DNA of 64,000 nucleotides from Candidatus Peribacteraceae bacterium (GTDB taxonomy: Bacteria; Patescibacteriota; Gracilibacteria; Peribacterales; Peribacteraceae). A model generated the notes under the pieces. That model made no database searches and was not told the origin of the DNA. It saw nothing but the letters and a program-made list of their open reading frames with translations. A program made the position numbers and the translations under genes. Within the stretch, counting starts at the first letter, position 1; every line of letters begins with the position of its first letter. Location of the stretch: the NCBI GenBank assembly GCA_028718905.1, contig JAQUKV010000004.1, positions 19,523 to 83,522 of the forward strand. The letters are read 5' to 3'. Shown piece by piece: positions 1 to 8,252 of this stretch.

Positions 1-344
1 GCAAAGAGTATGTCGACAACCTGCTCGCTTCTGATTTTGCGCTCTGTATCCGCGGTGACGGCAATTATTCGCTGCGGTTCTACGAGGCATTGAGTCTCGG
101 ACGCGTTCCGATTCTCCTCAATACCGATGTGCGTCTGCCGCTGGAGGGTATCGTTCCCTATTCATCCTTCGTCCTCACCATCCACATCGCGGATATGCTG
201 CGTATCGACGAGATTGTTGCCGATTTCTGGTCGTGCCAGACGGACCAGAGTTTTCTTGTCATGCAGCTTGAGGCGCGCAATGCATTCGAGAAGTATCTCT
301 CCTCTCCGCGCTATCTCGCCTATGCCGTGGAGCATCTGTTCTGA
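1..344 (+). CDS. exostosin-family (GT47-like) glycosyltransferase, C-terminal fragment cut by window edge
   Basis: Frame-3 translation from nt 3 reads KEYVDNLLASDFALCIRGDGNYSLRFYEALSLGRVPILL, the conserved exostosin C-terminal block; TGA at 342-344. Confidence 0.6.
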   Translation, partial: KEYVDNLLASDFALCIRGDGNYSLRFYEALSLGRVPILLNTDVRLPLEGIVPYSSFVLTIHIADMLRIDEIVADFWSCQTDQSFLVMQLEARNAFEKYLSSPRYLAYAVEHLF

Positions 345-383
345 AGATGCCTGCATCCTCCTTTCACCCGGTGTTCGGGAGTT

Positions 384-1187
384 TCAGACATCCTGGATTC
401 TCGTCATTTCATCCTGTAATTCCTGCCTGAGTGTTGTGAAATGCCCTTGAATCGTATGCAGATATTTTCCGCGCTCCGGTTCGGCCACGGCGTACGCAAT
501 AAAACTATTCAGCGCTTCGGTCACGCCCCGAATGTTTTCCATCACCAGATGCAGCCCCATATCGCTATTGCCCCCTTCCACGTTGTCCGAATCGTCGAGC
601 GAACAGGTGGCAGAGCCGTCTTGATCTTTTCGTTGCACAAAGAAGAAATACGCATCGAACGGGACGGAAATCCCGAAGAGGGTCGCGTGTCGCACAATGG
701 TACGGAGATGTTCCAGCATTTCAGAGAAGTTCGTGATAGAAAGCAGCGGTTGGAGTTCCAGCGCTTCCCGTGCGCAACTCTTGTTCTGGGACACCGTAAG
801 CCTGCCTCCTTCATTGCCGTCCGGCATCAGCACCATTTCTTGTGCTTCATTGAGATCGTAGTCCGCAAAGACGGGCAGGCCGGTTCTTTTCAGGAGGTCA
901 TGCTTGCGTTTGGCAGGCAATGCATCTCCACGAAGAATGAATGACTTAATGACACGTCGGCAGGTTTCAGAGGGTTCCGGCGAAGGTGTGCCTTCGATGA
1001 GTTGTCTGATCCTGCAACGTACGGCATAAATCACGCCGAAACTTCCCTCGCCGATCCATTCTGCTTCTTCCACAGTCACCAGTTTTTCCTCGCCCTTCCG
1101 GTCGCAGCGAAAGCGGAACACATCCCCTGGATGGACAACTGTATGGGTGACCGGCTCATCATCCGGTGTGTGATTCTCTGGATCCAT
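384..1187 (-). CDS. hypothetical protein with protein-kinase-like glycine loop
   Basis: 267-aa ORF; WIGEGSFGVIYAV (GxGxFGxV) then VIKSF; no HRD/DFG seen. Confidence 0.5.
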   Translation of the reverse strand: MDPENHTPDDEPVTHTVVHPGDVFRFRCDRKGEEKLVTVEEAEWIGEGSFGVIYAVRCRIRQLIEGTPSPEPSETCRRVIKSFILRGDALPAKRKHDLLKRTGLPVFADYDLNEAQEMVLMPDGNEGGRLTVSQNKSCAREALELQPLLSITNFSEMLEHLRTIVRHATLFGISVPFDAYFFFVQRKDQDGSATCSLDDSDNVEGGNSDMGLHLVMENIRGVTEALNSFIAYAVAEPERGKYLHTIQGHFTTLRQELQDEMTRIQDV

Positions 1188-1301
1188 ACATGCATTCTGT
1201 CAGCGTTTTTTCGCAACGGAAAGCGAAAAATATAGGATTCTTTTGTGGGAATTGCCGGATTTCCGGCTGATTCCTGTAGCGTGGCGCTGTACCCTAGTAC
1301 G

Positions 1302-2456
1302 GTGCAGATCATCTACATCTCGCAGGCGCGCTTCCCAACCGAAAAGGCCCACGGCCATCAGATCGCGCAGGTGTGTGCAGCGATGGTGCGGCTCGGTCAT
1401 ACGGTTACGCTCGTCGCTCCCGATGTGCGCGGAACAGTTGTCAAAGATCCGCGCTCCTACTACGGACTCAACGAACCTTTTTCCGTCGTGCGCCTGCCGG
1501 CGTTCGACGGGCTTCGCACGTGGTGGATGCCCGGGTTTCTCGCATTTTTCTTCACCATGCGGTCGTATGCGCGCTCGCTTCGGTCTTTTCTGTCACGTCA
1601 GACGGCGGATCTGCTCTACACGCGCTCTTCCGTCCTCCTTCCAACCCTGCTCCAGACGACCGTTCCGGTCGTTCTCGAGTTGCACACGCTGCCGCGCCGG
1701 TCTTCCGCTTTTGTTCGCAACTGCGGGGCATGCAGGCGGGTGGTGTGCCTGACCGCTCCCATGCGTGACGAACTTGTGACGTGGGGCGTCGATCCTTCGA
1801 AGGTGATTGTAGAAGGGGATGGCGTGAATCCGAGGCGCTTTGCGCAGATGCCATCGTCAGCCGATGCTCGAAAGGAGTGGCAGCTTCCGGCAGATCGGAA
1901 GATTGCTGTGTACGTGGGATCGCTCGTCACGCGGGGTACGATCGAGAAGGGAGTGAGAGAGCTGCTCGAAGCGGTGGCGCTGCTGAAAGCGAATAATCCT
2001 GTGTTCTGCTGGATCATCGGCGGACCGCGCGATCAGGTGGACCGCTACAAGACAGTCGCGCACACACTTGGGCTGGGCGGCGACGATATCCGATTTGAGG
2101 GCCCGGTTCCGAATGCCCGCGTTGTTTCTATCCTCGCTGCCGCCGACGTGTGCGTGTATCCCGCGCCGGCCCTGCAGCACCTCTTCTTCCTGCGCGACAC
2201 GTCACCCCTCAAGATTTTCGAATATCTTGCCGCAGGCAAGCCGACGGTGTGTGCCGATCTGCCGCCGCTTCGCGGCGTGATCGATCCTTCGCTCGTACAT
2301 TTCTGTCCTCCCGGCAATGCCTCTGCGCTCGCGCTGACCATCACGCAGGCTCTGGAGCATCCGAAGAGGAACGAAGAACAACGGGAAGCATTGCTCGCTC
2401 ACACGTCGTGGGATGCCCGCATGGAGCGGATTCTCCGATCTTCCCGCCCCGCGTAA
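1302..2456 (+). CDS. GT4-family glycosyltransferase
   Basis: IIYISQARFPTEKAHGHQIAQVCAAMVRLGHTVTLVAP N-terminus and FEYLAAGKPTV C-terminal block; ORF opens at 1245, GTG 1302 chosen as start (uncertain). Confidence 0.8.
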   Translation: MQIIYISQARFPTEKAHGHQIAQVCAAMVRLGHTVTLVAPDVRGTVVKDPRSYYGLNEPFSVVRLPAFDGLRTWWMPGFLAFFFTMRSYARSLRSFLSRQTADLLYTRSSVLLPTLLQTTVPVVLELHTLPRRSSAFVRNCGACRRVVCLTAPMRDELVTWGVDPSKVIVEGDGVNPRRFAQMPSSADARKEWQLPADRKIAVYVGSLVTRGTIEKGVRELLEAVALLKANNPVFCWIIGGPRDQVDRYKTVAHTLGLGGDDIRFEGPVPNARVVSILAAADVCVYPAPALQHLFFLRDTSPLKIFEYLAAGKPTVCADLPPLRGVIDPSLVHFCPPGNASALALTITQALEHPKRNEEQREALLAHTSWDARMERILRSSRPA

Positions 2457-2760
2457 TGCAGTTAGCACAGTTTCAGGTCCATGCCGATCTCGAGGAGCGC
2501 CACTGGTGGTTTCTCGGACGCCGTGCTTTTTCTCGATGTGCTCGAACATGTGCAGGATGATTTTGCTCTGGTGTCGCAATTACTGGCAGGCATGAAGCCC
2601 GGTGCTTATTTATTCATCGCCGCACCAGGGGATCCGAAGCTCTGGGGTCCGCACGACCGCGGGTTCGAGCACGAGCGCCGCTACAGTCTGCCGCGGTTTC
2701 GCATGCTCTGGGAGGGGCTTCCCGTGGAAGAAGAGAGACAAGCCCTATTGTCACGGCGTG
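2456..2760 (+). pseudogene. class I SAM-dependent methyltransferase relic (internal out-of-frame deletion)
   Basis: MQLAQFQVHADLEERHWWFLGRR (frame 2, 2456-2560) runs directly into DAVLFLDVLEHVQDDFALVSQLLAGMKPGAYLFIAAP...HERRYS (frame 0); the SAM-binding core between them is missing. Confidence 0.55.
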
Positions 2761-2850
2761 AGTGTGTTTGCACTGCTCCGGCGCGGATCACAGGAAATTA
2801 TCCCCCGCACGCGGCCTGTTTCTCTTCCTTCCGATCCCCGGCCGTGGATG

Positions 2851-3534
2851 TCAGAGCAGCGGTGAGGCGATGAAGAGCAGTGCATGCATGGTGAAATTTA
2901 CGATACCGAAGACCCACGTCGACAGAATCGGAACATTGAGAAAGATGCCTGCGAGGATGAGGATGAGCAGGATCATGGGGCCGCGCTGCAGCAGGGTTTC
3001 GTACTGATCTTCATACTTGAGCGGGATGAAAATGTGCAGGATTTTCGATCCGTCGAGCGGAGCGATGGGAAGCAGATTGAAAGCCATTAATCCCAGGTTG
3101 ATGAAGACGGAGCTGCCGAGGATCTGCAGGAGCAATTGTTCGATCACCGGCCGGCCCCCGCCCACCAAGAGTAACCCGAACGCCGATCCGCTCACCTGTC
3201 CGTGCTGAAGGAGGATGAGCCCGAAGAAGGAAAGGCTCCCCAGCAAAAGATTACTGAGCGGTCCCGCAAGCGACACCAGGGCGGTATCCCGTCTCGGGTG
3301 ATGGAAGTACATGGGGTTCACCGGCACCGGCTTTGCCCAGCCGAATCCGACGATGAGGAACATCAGTGCTCCCATCAGGTCAATGTGGGCTATGGGGTTT
3401 AACGTCAGGCGTCCGGCGTTGTAAGCGGTGGGGTCGCCCAACCGTGTCGCCATCCAGCCGTGCGCGGCCTCGTGTACCGAGATCGCGATCAGAATGGAGA
3501 TGATGAACGGTGGACTGACGAAGCTGCTCAACAT
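2851..3534 (-). CDS. M50 (site-2 protease) family membrane metalloprotease
   Basis: ISVHEAAHGW (HExxH) and FNLLPIAPLDGSK motifs; ATG at 3534 chosen, the 190-aa upstream ORF extension is low-complexity and overlaps rpmB. Confidence 0.8.
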   Translation of the reverse strand: MLSSFVSPPFIISILIAISVHEAAHGWMATRLGDPTAYNAGRLTLNPIAHIDLMGALMFLIVGFGWAKPVPVNPMYFHHPRRDTALVSLAGPLSNLLLGSLSFFGLILLQHGQVSGSAFGLLLVGGGRPVIEQLLLQILGSSVFINLGLMAFNLLPIAPLDGSKILHIFIPLKYEDQYETLLQRGPMILLILILAGIFLNVPILSTWVFGIVNFTMHALLFIASPLL

Positions 3535-3606
3535 GTCTCTACTGTAGCGGAAAAGGAGCAGAAAGCATTTGCGCCTGCATACATCTTTCAGTACGCTCTG
3601 CGGGCA

Positions 3607-3816
3607 ATGGCACGCCGATGCGTCAAAACAGGCAAACAGACCACATTCGGGAACACCCGAAGCCACTCCATGCGGCACACCCGCCGCACATACAAGGCGA
3701 ACATCCAAAAGAAGCGCGTGTACGATCCGGCTACGGGCCAGTACCGCACGATCAAGGTGGCCGCGAGTTACCTGAGGACTCTTGCCAAGCGGTTGCAGGC
3801 GGGAAAGGCCGTTTAG
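3607..3816 (+). CDS. rpmB: 50S ribosomal protein L28
   Basis: MARRCVKTGKQTTFGNTRSHSMRHTRRTYKANIQKKRVY matches L28 pattern; 69 aa. Confidence 0.9.
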   Translation: MARRCVKTGKQTTFGNTRSHSMRHTRRTYKANIQKKRVYDPATGQYRTIKVAASYLRTLAKRLQAGKAV

Positions 3817-4238
3817 TGCCCCAGTTCCTCCAGTGACTGGTGCAGCGCGTTTTGGCGTTGTTCCTTGAGGCCGCCGCGATGATGTTTTTCCTTCAGCATC
3901 TTCTCCTTGGCCTTGCGCGAGCGGCGTTGCTTCTGCTTGCGCACCTTGAAGATTTCCTGTTGTCGCTTCGATTCCTTCCCTTTGATTTGTTCCTCCAGCT
4001 TTTCGATCAGAAGCTTGTAGGCGGCAATGCGGTTTAAGTGTTGCTCCCGAAAACGCTGCACACGGACGACAATGCCGCTCGGGCGGTGCGTGAGTTCCAC
4101 GCAACTGGCGGTCTTGTTGATCTTCTGCCCGCCGTGGCCGCTGCCGCGTGTGAAGAATTCATCAATGTCTTCGGGCAGAATTTTGAGCTCTGCGGCGAGA
4201 GCGAGGAGTGGAGGAGAGAGTTCAACGGGGAAGTTCAT
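3813..4238 (-). CDS. class-I release-factor domain protein (GGQ), ArfB/ICT1-like ribosome rescue factor
   Basis: GSGHGGQKINKTASCVEL GGQ motif, ~140 aa, highly basic C-terminal tail. Confidence 0.75.
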   Translation of the reverse strand: MNFPVELSPPLLALAAELKILPEDIDEFFTRGSGHGGQKINKTASCVELTHRPSGIVVRVQRFREQHLNRIAAYKLLIEKLEEQIKGKESKRQQEIFKVRKQKQRRSRKAKEKMLKEKHHRGGLKEQRQNALHQSLEELGH

Positions 4239-4265
4239 GGAGTCAGTGTATCGTACGTGTGTATT

Positions 4266-4405
4266 TCTGCCATTTCTTTGTCAGACGCGACAAAGAAATG
4301 GCGAAAGAAAACGCTGCGCCTATGACCTCCTCCGCTATCGCCGCCACATAGGCGCGTTTCCGGAGATTTTGTTTGTTTCTGTTCTGTGTGTGTTTGTTGT
4401 GTGGG
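4266..4405 (+). repeat. structured intergenic repeat family, copy R1 (short form)
   Basis: 14-bp hairpin 4269-4302, 9-bp closing helix GCGCCTATG/CATAGGCGC (4315-4323/4347-4355) around CCTCCTCCG, then T/G-rich tail 4365-4405. Confidence 0.7.
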
Positions 4406-4413
4406 AATATTCT

Positions 4414-4914
4414 TTACCATTTCTCGCGGTGAATTCTCTTCGGATCGAACTCCGCATCCGTGTGCGGTGCCGGCTTCTCTGTCGGGTACCCGACGGGGAT
4501 CACATTGATGATGAGGCAGTGCTCCGGAATGCCGAGAATCGCACGCACCGCGGATAGTTCCTTTTCTGCATGCACGTGTTTCCACACGCAGCCCAATTTT
4601 AAGTGCGTCACTTGCAGCCAGATATTCTCGGTGGCGAGGGCGAGATCCTCCGTCGGTTTGCTCGCGATCTTGGTATCCGAAACAGGCACGATCAGCACTG
4701 GTGCCCTGGCCACGAAATCCTGCGCCACGAGCGCGCTCTGAATCGCCTGACGCACCTTCGGGTCCGTCACCACGACAAATTCCACTGCGCGGCGGTTATG
4801 GGCGGTGGGGGCGAATTGCGCAGCCTTGATGATTTCCTCAATCAATGCGTGCGAAACGGGATCCGGTTTGAAGCTGCGGCAGGAGCGGCGACAAGAGAGA
4901 GCATCGAGAATCAT
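4414..4914 (-). CDS. nitroreductase family protein
   Basis: RRSCRSFKPDPV...APTAHNRRAVEFVVV typical nitroreductase N-terminus; 166 aa. Confidence 0.8.
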   Translation of the reverse strand: MILDALSCRRSCRSFKPDPVSHALIEEIIKAAQFAPTAHNRRAVEFVVVTDPKVRQAIQSALVAQDFVARAPVLIVPVSDTKIASKPTEDLALATENIWLQVTHLKLGCVWKHVHAEKELSAVRAILGIPEHCLIINVIPVGYPTEKPAPHTDAEFDPKRIHREKW

Positions 4915-5014
4915 GGCAAAAGACTAGATCGGTCGGTGCATTCTGAAAAGGCCGCAAAAACCGGCAGGTTGTCGTAGTGTGTGCTGGCTTGTTCATCGCT
5001 ACAATGCCGGCAAC

Positions 5015-5224
5015 GGAGGGATGGCCGAGTGGTTGAAGGCGCCCCGCACTTTCACATTTCACTGGTGGGATGGCCGAGTGGATGAAGGCGCGCGACTCGA
5101 AATCGCGTAACCCCAAAAAGGGTTCCAGGGTTCGAATCCCTGTCCCACCGCCACCAATGCGATCATGAAAGTGCGGGGTAGGCCTTCTTTACTCTCGAGG
5201 GTTCGAATCCCTCTCCCTCCGCCA
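5015..5224 (+). tRNA. interrupted type-II (Ser-like) tRNA scaffold hosting another tRNA in its anticodon arm
   Basis: Acceptor GGAGGGA/TCCCTCC, D arm GCC-GAGTGGTTGAA-GGC, T arm GAGGG-TTCGAAT-CCCTC, G+CCA; anticodon region replaced by 13-bp helix 5042-5054/5166-5178 enclosing 111 nt. Confidence 0.55.
5064..5153 (+). tRNA. tRNA-Ser (anticodon CGA), CCA encoded
   Basis: GGTGGGA/TCCCACC acceptor, anticodon arm CGCGA-CTCGAAA-TCGCG, long variable arm ACCC/GGGT, T arm CAGGG-TTCGAAT-CCCTG. Confidence 0.9.
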
Positions 5225-5406
5225 TCACGGGCACGCGACCGTTCTGCCTAAAGGCTACAAATTCACCGACATATCCAGGTTCGAATCTCTGTTCTATTCG
5301 CGAGCCGATAACTTCACAAATTGTACAAAATAGTCTATAATATAATTATGGAAGAAGGCACCCGATTGGGGCTTTATGGATTCAGAAATTTTTTCTCCTC
5401 ATTCAT

Positions 5407-5763
5407 ATGAATATCGACATCAGCCAGGAACCCACCCGCTTCGGCACCCTGCCCGTAGACGAACTCAAGCGCGGCATGCCGCAGAAAGTCATCGTCATTC
5501 GTACGTCGAGCGGCGAGGAAATCGCGCACGTCTTCCCGATGCACATCCAGCACATCGACGAAGTTCGGAAGATCCTCTCCTCGGGCGGGACGCTCGTTGC
5601 CGCTGGGGCGGTAGATACAGGCATGGCCGTGAGCGATGGCGGCCCTTTCGTCGGGTGGGATTCCAACACCTGCCGGGAAGCCCCCGAAATCGGCCACGAC
5701 CAACCGGTGAATCCAGCAGAATCCCAGCGCGTCGCGGCTGAGGTTGCGGAGAAAGTGCGGTAA
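5407..5763 (+). CDS. hypothetical protein (shares N-terminal domain with next gene)
   Basis: 118 aa; ELKRGMPQKVIVIRTSSGEEIAHVFPMH aligns with EELRAGMPQSIAVIRNQTGKEIAYIFPLH of 5813-7189. Confidence 0.6.
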   Translation: MNIDISQEPTRFGTLPVDELKRGMPQKVIVIRTSSGEEIAHVFPMHIQHIDEVRKILSSGGTLVAAGAVDTGMAVSDGGPFVGWDSNTCREAPEIGHDQPVNPAESQRVAAEVAEKVR

Positions 5764-5812
5764 ATACTCGCATCCCCCAAAGACCAGTGAATGAATCTAC
5801 TCCCATGGATCT

Positions 5813-7189
5813 ATGGACGTCGTCCTATCTTCAGAACTGAGCCACACAGGAAAGAATCCCGCAGAGGAGCTACGGGCGGGCATGCCGCAGAGCATAGCGG
5901 TGATACGGAACCAGACGGGGAAGGAAATCGCTTACATCTTCCCTCTTCACGTACCGCGCAAAGAGGAGACGGGATGTCTCCCATATGGAAAACTCGTCGG
6001 GCTCGGGACAATTGATACGGGCATTGGTGACAAAGGAGCGCCTCCGCTCATCGACTGGGAAGAGCCGCCCGAAGAGGAACAATTTGCTCGCATCACGCAG
6101 GATGCCGCGCAGGCTATTCAGGCTCTCTTGGTAAATGGCAAGGAGGGCTTCTCTGACTTCTACGAGACCCTCATTTCGCGACCGAAAAAGGCGAAGAAAC
6201 TCTCGCCACTCGACTCCTATATCGATCTCTCTGTTGTGATGGATGAGATCGTCAGCGCGAAGGAACGGGGAAAGGAATTTCAGTCCGGCGGACAGCGCCG
6301 ACAGATGCTCAGAGTGTTGCAAGGACGCTGGGATCGAAGCCTTCCTTTGGAAACAACATTTCTTGCTGCCGACGATTGTTCGCCTCGGCTTCGAAACGAG
6401 GCGAATCGCCTTGTGGAAGCGGCGCATGAGATACAGGAATTCCTCAAGCACTATCCGACGCCCGAACAAGCATTCGCGGCGCTCACGGGAAAAGAGCCGG
6501 AGGGGAAACTCCAGTGGACTATCCGTCCTTATGGAATCTGTTTCCTGACGTCCAAGCGTGAAGATGCCACGCGGTTCACGTCTCTCGGCATTTTCGGTCA
6601 CGGCGCCGCGATGGTGAAGTGCGAAGCGATGCCGGAGATGGGGAAGTACATTGCGGTCATCAACGCCGATCCTGAAATGCGGACAGTGGAGAATGAATCG
6701 GAGCAAGAGCGGAGAGAACGGGTGAAGTCGGATGTCGTTGGCGTTGAGCATGAACTCCTGCATCTCCGCACTGAGCGGCTTCTGGAAGCGAATCTCAACG
6801 AACGGAGAAAGGCGGTGAAAGATACCTACGGCGACGAGCGTTTCCTCCTTCTCTCCGGCTCGCCTCCGCTGGAACGCTGCGAACAGGTCTACGGAGACGT
6901 TGCTGACGCATACGCCAACTACAACGTCAAACACGAGCTCATCAGCTATATGACGTCTTCGCCCGAGCGCCTCCAGCACAGTGACATCTTCGACAGTGGT
7001 TCCTACGAAATGCCGGAGCCCTATCTCGTCTACGTGTACACATGCCCTCCTTACAACAAGAAGGAGGACAACGATCTTTTTATCGCGCAGAGGAAGAAAA
7101 TCGGGTGGCCCGAATGGCTCGACGAAAAAAATCACCGCTGGAATGGCGTGTTCGGGAGCGCTTGCAAGTCGTCCGCAGGAACGTGCTGA
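5813..7189 (+). CDS. hypothetical protein with HExxH motif
   Basis: 458 aa; paralogous N-domain to 5407-5763; VGVEHELLHL (HExxH); A7 run near 3' end links to next frame. Confidence 0.6.
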   Translation: MDVVLSSELSHTGKNPAEELRAGMPQSIAVIRNQTGKEIAYIFPLHVPRKEETGCLPYGKLVGLGTIDTGIGDKGAPPLIDWEEPPEEEQFARITQDAAQAIQALLVNGKEGFSDFYETLISRPKKAKKLSPLDSYIDLSVVMDEIVSAKERGKEFQSGGQRRQMLRVLQGRWDRSLPLETTFLAADDCSPRLRNEANRLVEAAHEIQEFLKHYPTPEQAFAALTGKEPEGKLQWTIRPYGICFLTSKREDATRFTSLGIFGHGAAMVKCEAMPEMGKYIAVINADPEMRTVENESEQERRERVKSDVVGVEHELLHLRTERLLEANLNERRKAVKDTYGDERFLLLSGSPPLERCEQVYGDVADAYANYNVKHELISYMTSSPERLQHSDIFDSGSYEMPEPYLVYVYTCPPYNKKEDNDLFIAQRKKIGWPEWLDEKNHRWNGVFGSACKSSAGTC

Positions 7190-7557
7190 TACCATACGCC
7201 GATGCCTACCATCGCATTGTAGAACTGTGGGATCTCGCCAAATCCTCGGGTATCGCCCCCAAAGAGATTGCCGATGTCATACTGGATTTCGAATTTCTCG
7301 AGATCCCTTCCGCGCTGGATCGCTTCATCCGCTCGAGAGCCGTCATCATCGATCAGTACACTCCGGAGAATATACGCCGTGTTCTACTCCAAGCCCTGCG
7401 ATATCAGACGCGCGGCATGCCAGTGGTCTTCCCGGGCAACAAGAAAACATACGACGAGTACGGCCAAGAAGAATTGCCCGAACGTCCGCGCGAGATCTTC
7501 ACGGCGAAGGAGATCAACGAAGGGATAAAGCTACCACGCAAAAAAGAAGCCGCATAG
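7114..7557 (+). CDS. hypothetical protein, -1 frame relative to 5813-7189 and overlapping it
   Basis: ATG 7114; overlaps upstream ORF by 76 nt across A7 tract 7125-7131. Confidence 0.5.
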   Translation: MARRKKSPLEWRVRERLQVVRRNVLIPYADAYHRIVELWDLAKSSGIAPKEIADVILDFEFLEIPSALDRFIRSRAVIIDQYTPENIRRVLLQALRYQTRGMPVVFPGNKKTYDEYGQEELPERPREIFTAKEINEGIKLPRKKEAA

Positions 7558-7795
7558 TCGGCACAGTTACAACCCCACAAAAAAATGCATACCCCAAACG
7601 AGTACAGTGAAAGCAACTCTCTACAGCCAGAGAAAACTCGGGATCTGACATCTGCGAAGCAACAGCTTCGCGAGGAGACTTCTAAGAAACTCAAACAGGG
7701 GATATGCTGACGACGTATGCTCCTGATGCGCGATACGCCATCTACTGCCAAAAGTGTTTCTGGGAGAATGTCGGCTGATCCCATAGAATTTTTCC

Positions 7796-8239
7796 ATGCC
7801 TCAGAAAAGGAAGTCTGAAATCCGCTTGGGGGATCGGGCTAGGGATGTAATCGACCGCCGCATCGCCAAAGACAAATCCCGCCTCATCGCACAGCTCAAG
7901 AAAAATCCGAGCATCCATCTCACATTCGAGAAGATCGGCATCGGCAGACGGACGTACTACCTCTGGCGGCAGGAGGACAGAACATTTGCCTCCTGCGCAG
8001 CCGAAGCGATCCGAGCCGCCATCGAACTCCGGAATGATTTCGCCGAATCGAAGCTCCTTGTCGGAATACGGAACGGCGACATGCGAGCAATCAAGTTCTG
8101 GCTCGGCCATCACCATTCTGCCTACGGCGCGAAGGTGAAAGTAGAGAGGACGATCAAAGAATCCGGCCTGACTCCGGAGCAAGAAGCGCAGATCCGGAAG
8201 GCTCTTCGTCTGGTCGGTATGGATGAAACCGGAAACTGA
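7796..8239 (+). CDS. helix-turn-helix protein, phage terminase-small-subunit/phBC6A51-like
   Basis: IGIGRRTYYLWRQEDRTFASCAAEAIRAA...LLVGIRNGDMRAIKFWL resembles phage HTH/small-terminase-type proteins (by eye). Confidence 0.45.
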   Translation: MPQKRKSEIRLGDRARDVIDRRIAKDKSRLIAQLKKNPSIHLTFEKIGIGRRTYYLWRQEDRTFASCAAEAIRAAIELRNDFAESKLLVGIRNGDMRAIKFWLGHHHSAYGAKVKVERTIKESGLTPEQEAQIRKALRLVGMDETGN

Positions 8240-8252
8240 TCCTCCGTAGCGC

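Noticed and set aside
3535-4104. 190-aa N-terminal extension of the M50 protease ORF
   Set aside because: The extension overlaps rpmB and the arfB-like gene on the other strand and is low complexity. The protease family begins at the ATG at 3534. I likewise trimmed gatB (ORF to 42126, start 41877), GH15, efp, otsB and others.
5275-5291. tRNA T-arm fragment as an att site proving integration
   Set aside because: It has a degenerate stem (CCAGG vs CTCTG), I could find no matching direct repeat at the distal end by eye, and there is no integrase. I used it only as weak supporting evidence for an island.
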